A stretch of DNA of 9,212 nucleotides. Origin: Azolla caroliniana. Lineage: Eukaryota > Plantae > Polypodiophyta. The notes beneath the pieces are model-generated. The model did not search any database, was not told the DNA's origin, and saw nothing but the letters and a program-made list of their open reading frames with translations. This document shows positions 8,086 to 9,212 of this stretch, piece after piece (the first letter of the stretch is position 1; every line of letters starts with the position of its first letter). Position numbers and translations under genes: made by a program. Location of the stretch: contig JBHGNT010001380.1 of NCBI GenBank assembly GCA_043228905.1, positions 1-9,212 of the forward strand. The letters run 5' to 3'.

Positions 8086-8452
8086 TGTGTTAGAGCTATG
8101 ATAAGGATAAAAGATAGATAAATAAGAAAGGAGAGAGAGAAAGAGGGTGTCGATCCACCCGACCACCCTTGAGCGAAGGGATTGAGACGAACTCAAGCCT
8201 CGATCGGCGTCCCATACCACTGTCATGGCGTCGAGTCGTACCTGGTGCTGACGTGCTCACTCAAGAGTTGACCCACCACAATGTCAGAGTCTCGATGTAG
8301 TCGATAATGTGTCAAATGAGGGTAGCTAGGCCTCATATTTATAGCCATACCTAAGGCCCCCATGCAAGTTCACACTTGGCCTAATGGGTTGTCTCAATCC
8401 CGAGGATTAAAAGTAATCTTCCCCTTCTTTACACTCTCGTTTAACCCTCACA
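8086..8452. mobile_element. Possible LTR-like remnant
   Basis: GC-richer island with a GA tract, a minus-strand TATAAATA box (~8336-8343), TG(TG)TTAG at the left and CCCTCACA at the right. No TSD found. Confidence 0.35.
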
Positions 8453-8469
8453 CTTTATCCATGTGTATA

Positions 8470-8980
8470 GCATACTACGGTAAATTCTCAGCACAGGATA
8501 TTACATGGTCATGCCCATAACATTATGGCATCCTAAATTTATTCGACTTGCGCTGTGGACAATATGGAAAACGAGATGCGATGCTGTTTTTAATAATGCT
8601 CACATACATCTCAATAATATGCTTATTGAATTCTGGTGGTTATTTGTCCACACCATACGTGGACAATATGATGATTTGCAGGGTACAACTGATGCTCAAA
8701 GGCAACGTCAAGTGGACTTTAAGAAACGGTGGCGAGGGCTTCACTTATTTTCAGATACGTCTCCTGGTATGAAGTGGAATTATTCCATTCCTCCTTTTTT
8801 ATTGCATAGCTTGTAGATGGTGTTCCATTTGTTCCTATTGTGATATCATCTATATCATCAGATGTTGGTATTAGGTTTTGTATTACAATAGAGGTGAGAT
8901 GAAATGTCTCCCTCTGTTTTCTATATGTACATTTCTCAAGTAATTTACTAAGGTGTATCTTTTTTAAATAAATAAAAAAA
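8470..8980 (+). mobile_element. 5'-truncated L1/Tx1-type LINE remnant (ORF2 C-terminus, 3' UTR, A-rich tail)
   Basis: ORF 8505..8816 contains LWTIWKTRCDAVF, matching the W-x-IW-x-x-RN-x-x-x-F motif of L1-clade ORF2 C-termini. The stop is followed ~150 nt later by AAATAAATAAAAAAA (8966-8980). The 5' end is approximate. Confidence 0.72.
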
Positions 8981-9173
8981 GTAGGCAAACCCGAACTAGG
9001 GTAAGTAGAAATAGGTTTGCTTTTTCTAGTGATAACATGGGCATATTGCACTTCATGGACTTGAGCTTTATGTCAACAAAAAACTATTCCCTACAACAAA
9101 AAAGCAAATCATCTTTAGGTGTCTACATAATGCACATGTGTCCATTAATTGACTGGCATTCCATAATATATCT

Positions 9174-9194
9174 ACACACAACACACACACACAC
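9174..9194. repeat. (CA)n microsatellite, interrupted
   Basis: Directly visible. Confidence 0.9.
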
Positions 9195-9212
9195 AAGTGT
9201 GGAGCACACATT

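Overview
AT-rich, intron-containing land-plant nuclear DNA. The main feature is the 5' third of a bacterial-type phosphoenolpyruvate carboxylase gene (BTPC, Arabidopsis PPC4-like) on the minus strand. The ATG is at 5032 and nine exons can be read cleanly (976 nt, about 325 codons); the gene continues off the left edge through the variable insertion region. Two consecutive introns (6 and 7) can only be spliced in frame using GC donors, and the conserved GGDRDGNP motif reads GGDRDGNA. Intron 8 holds a nested history: a ~156-bp tandem duplication, then a TG..CA solo LTR with a CTTAC target-site duplication, then a LINE 3' fragment. Intron 9 has a decayed copy of the exon 9 3' end. Upstream of the gene are a Met-rich candidate uORF, a (TTTCA)n higher-order repeat, AT-rich intergenic DNA and an L1-type LINE 3' remnant. 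I found no evidence for a wholly new multi-gene system; the interesting signals concern splicing, regulation and TE history of this gene. All homolog comparisons are from memory, not database searches.
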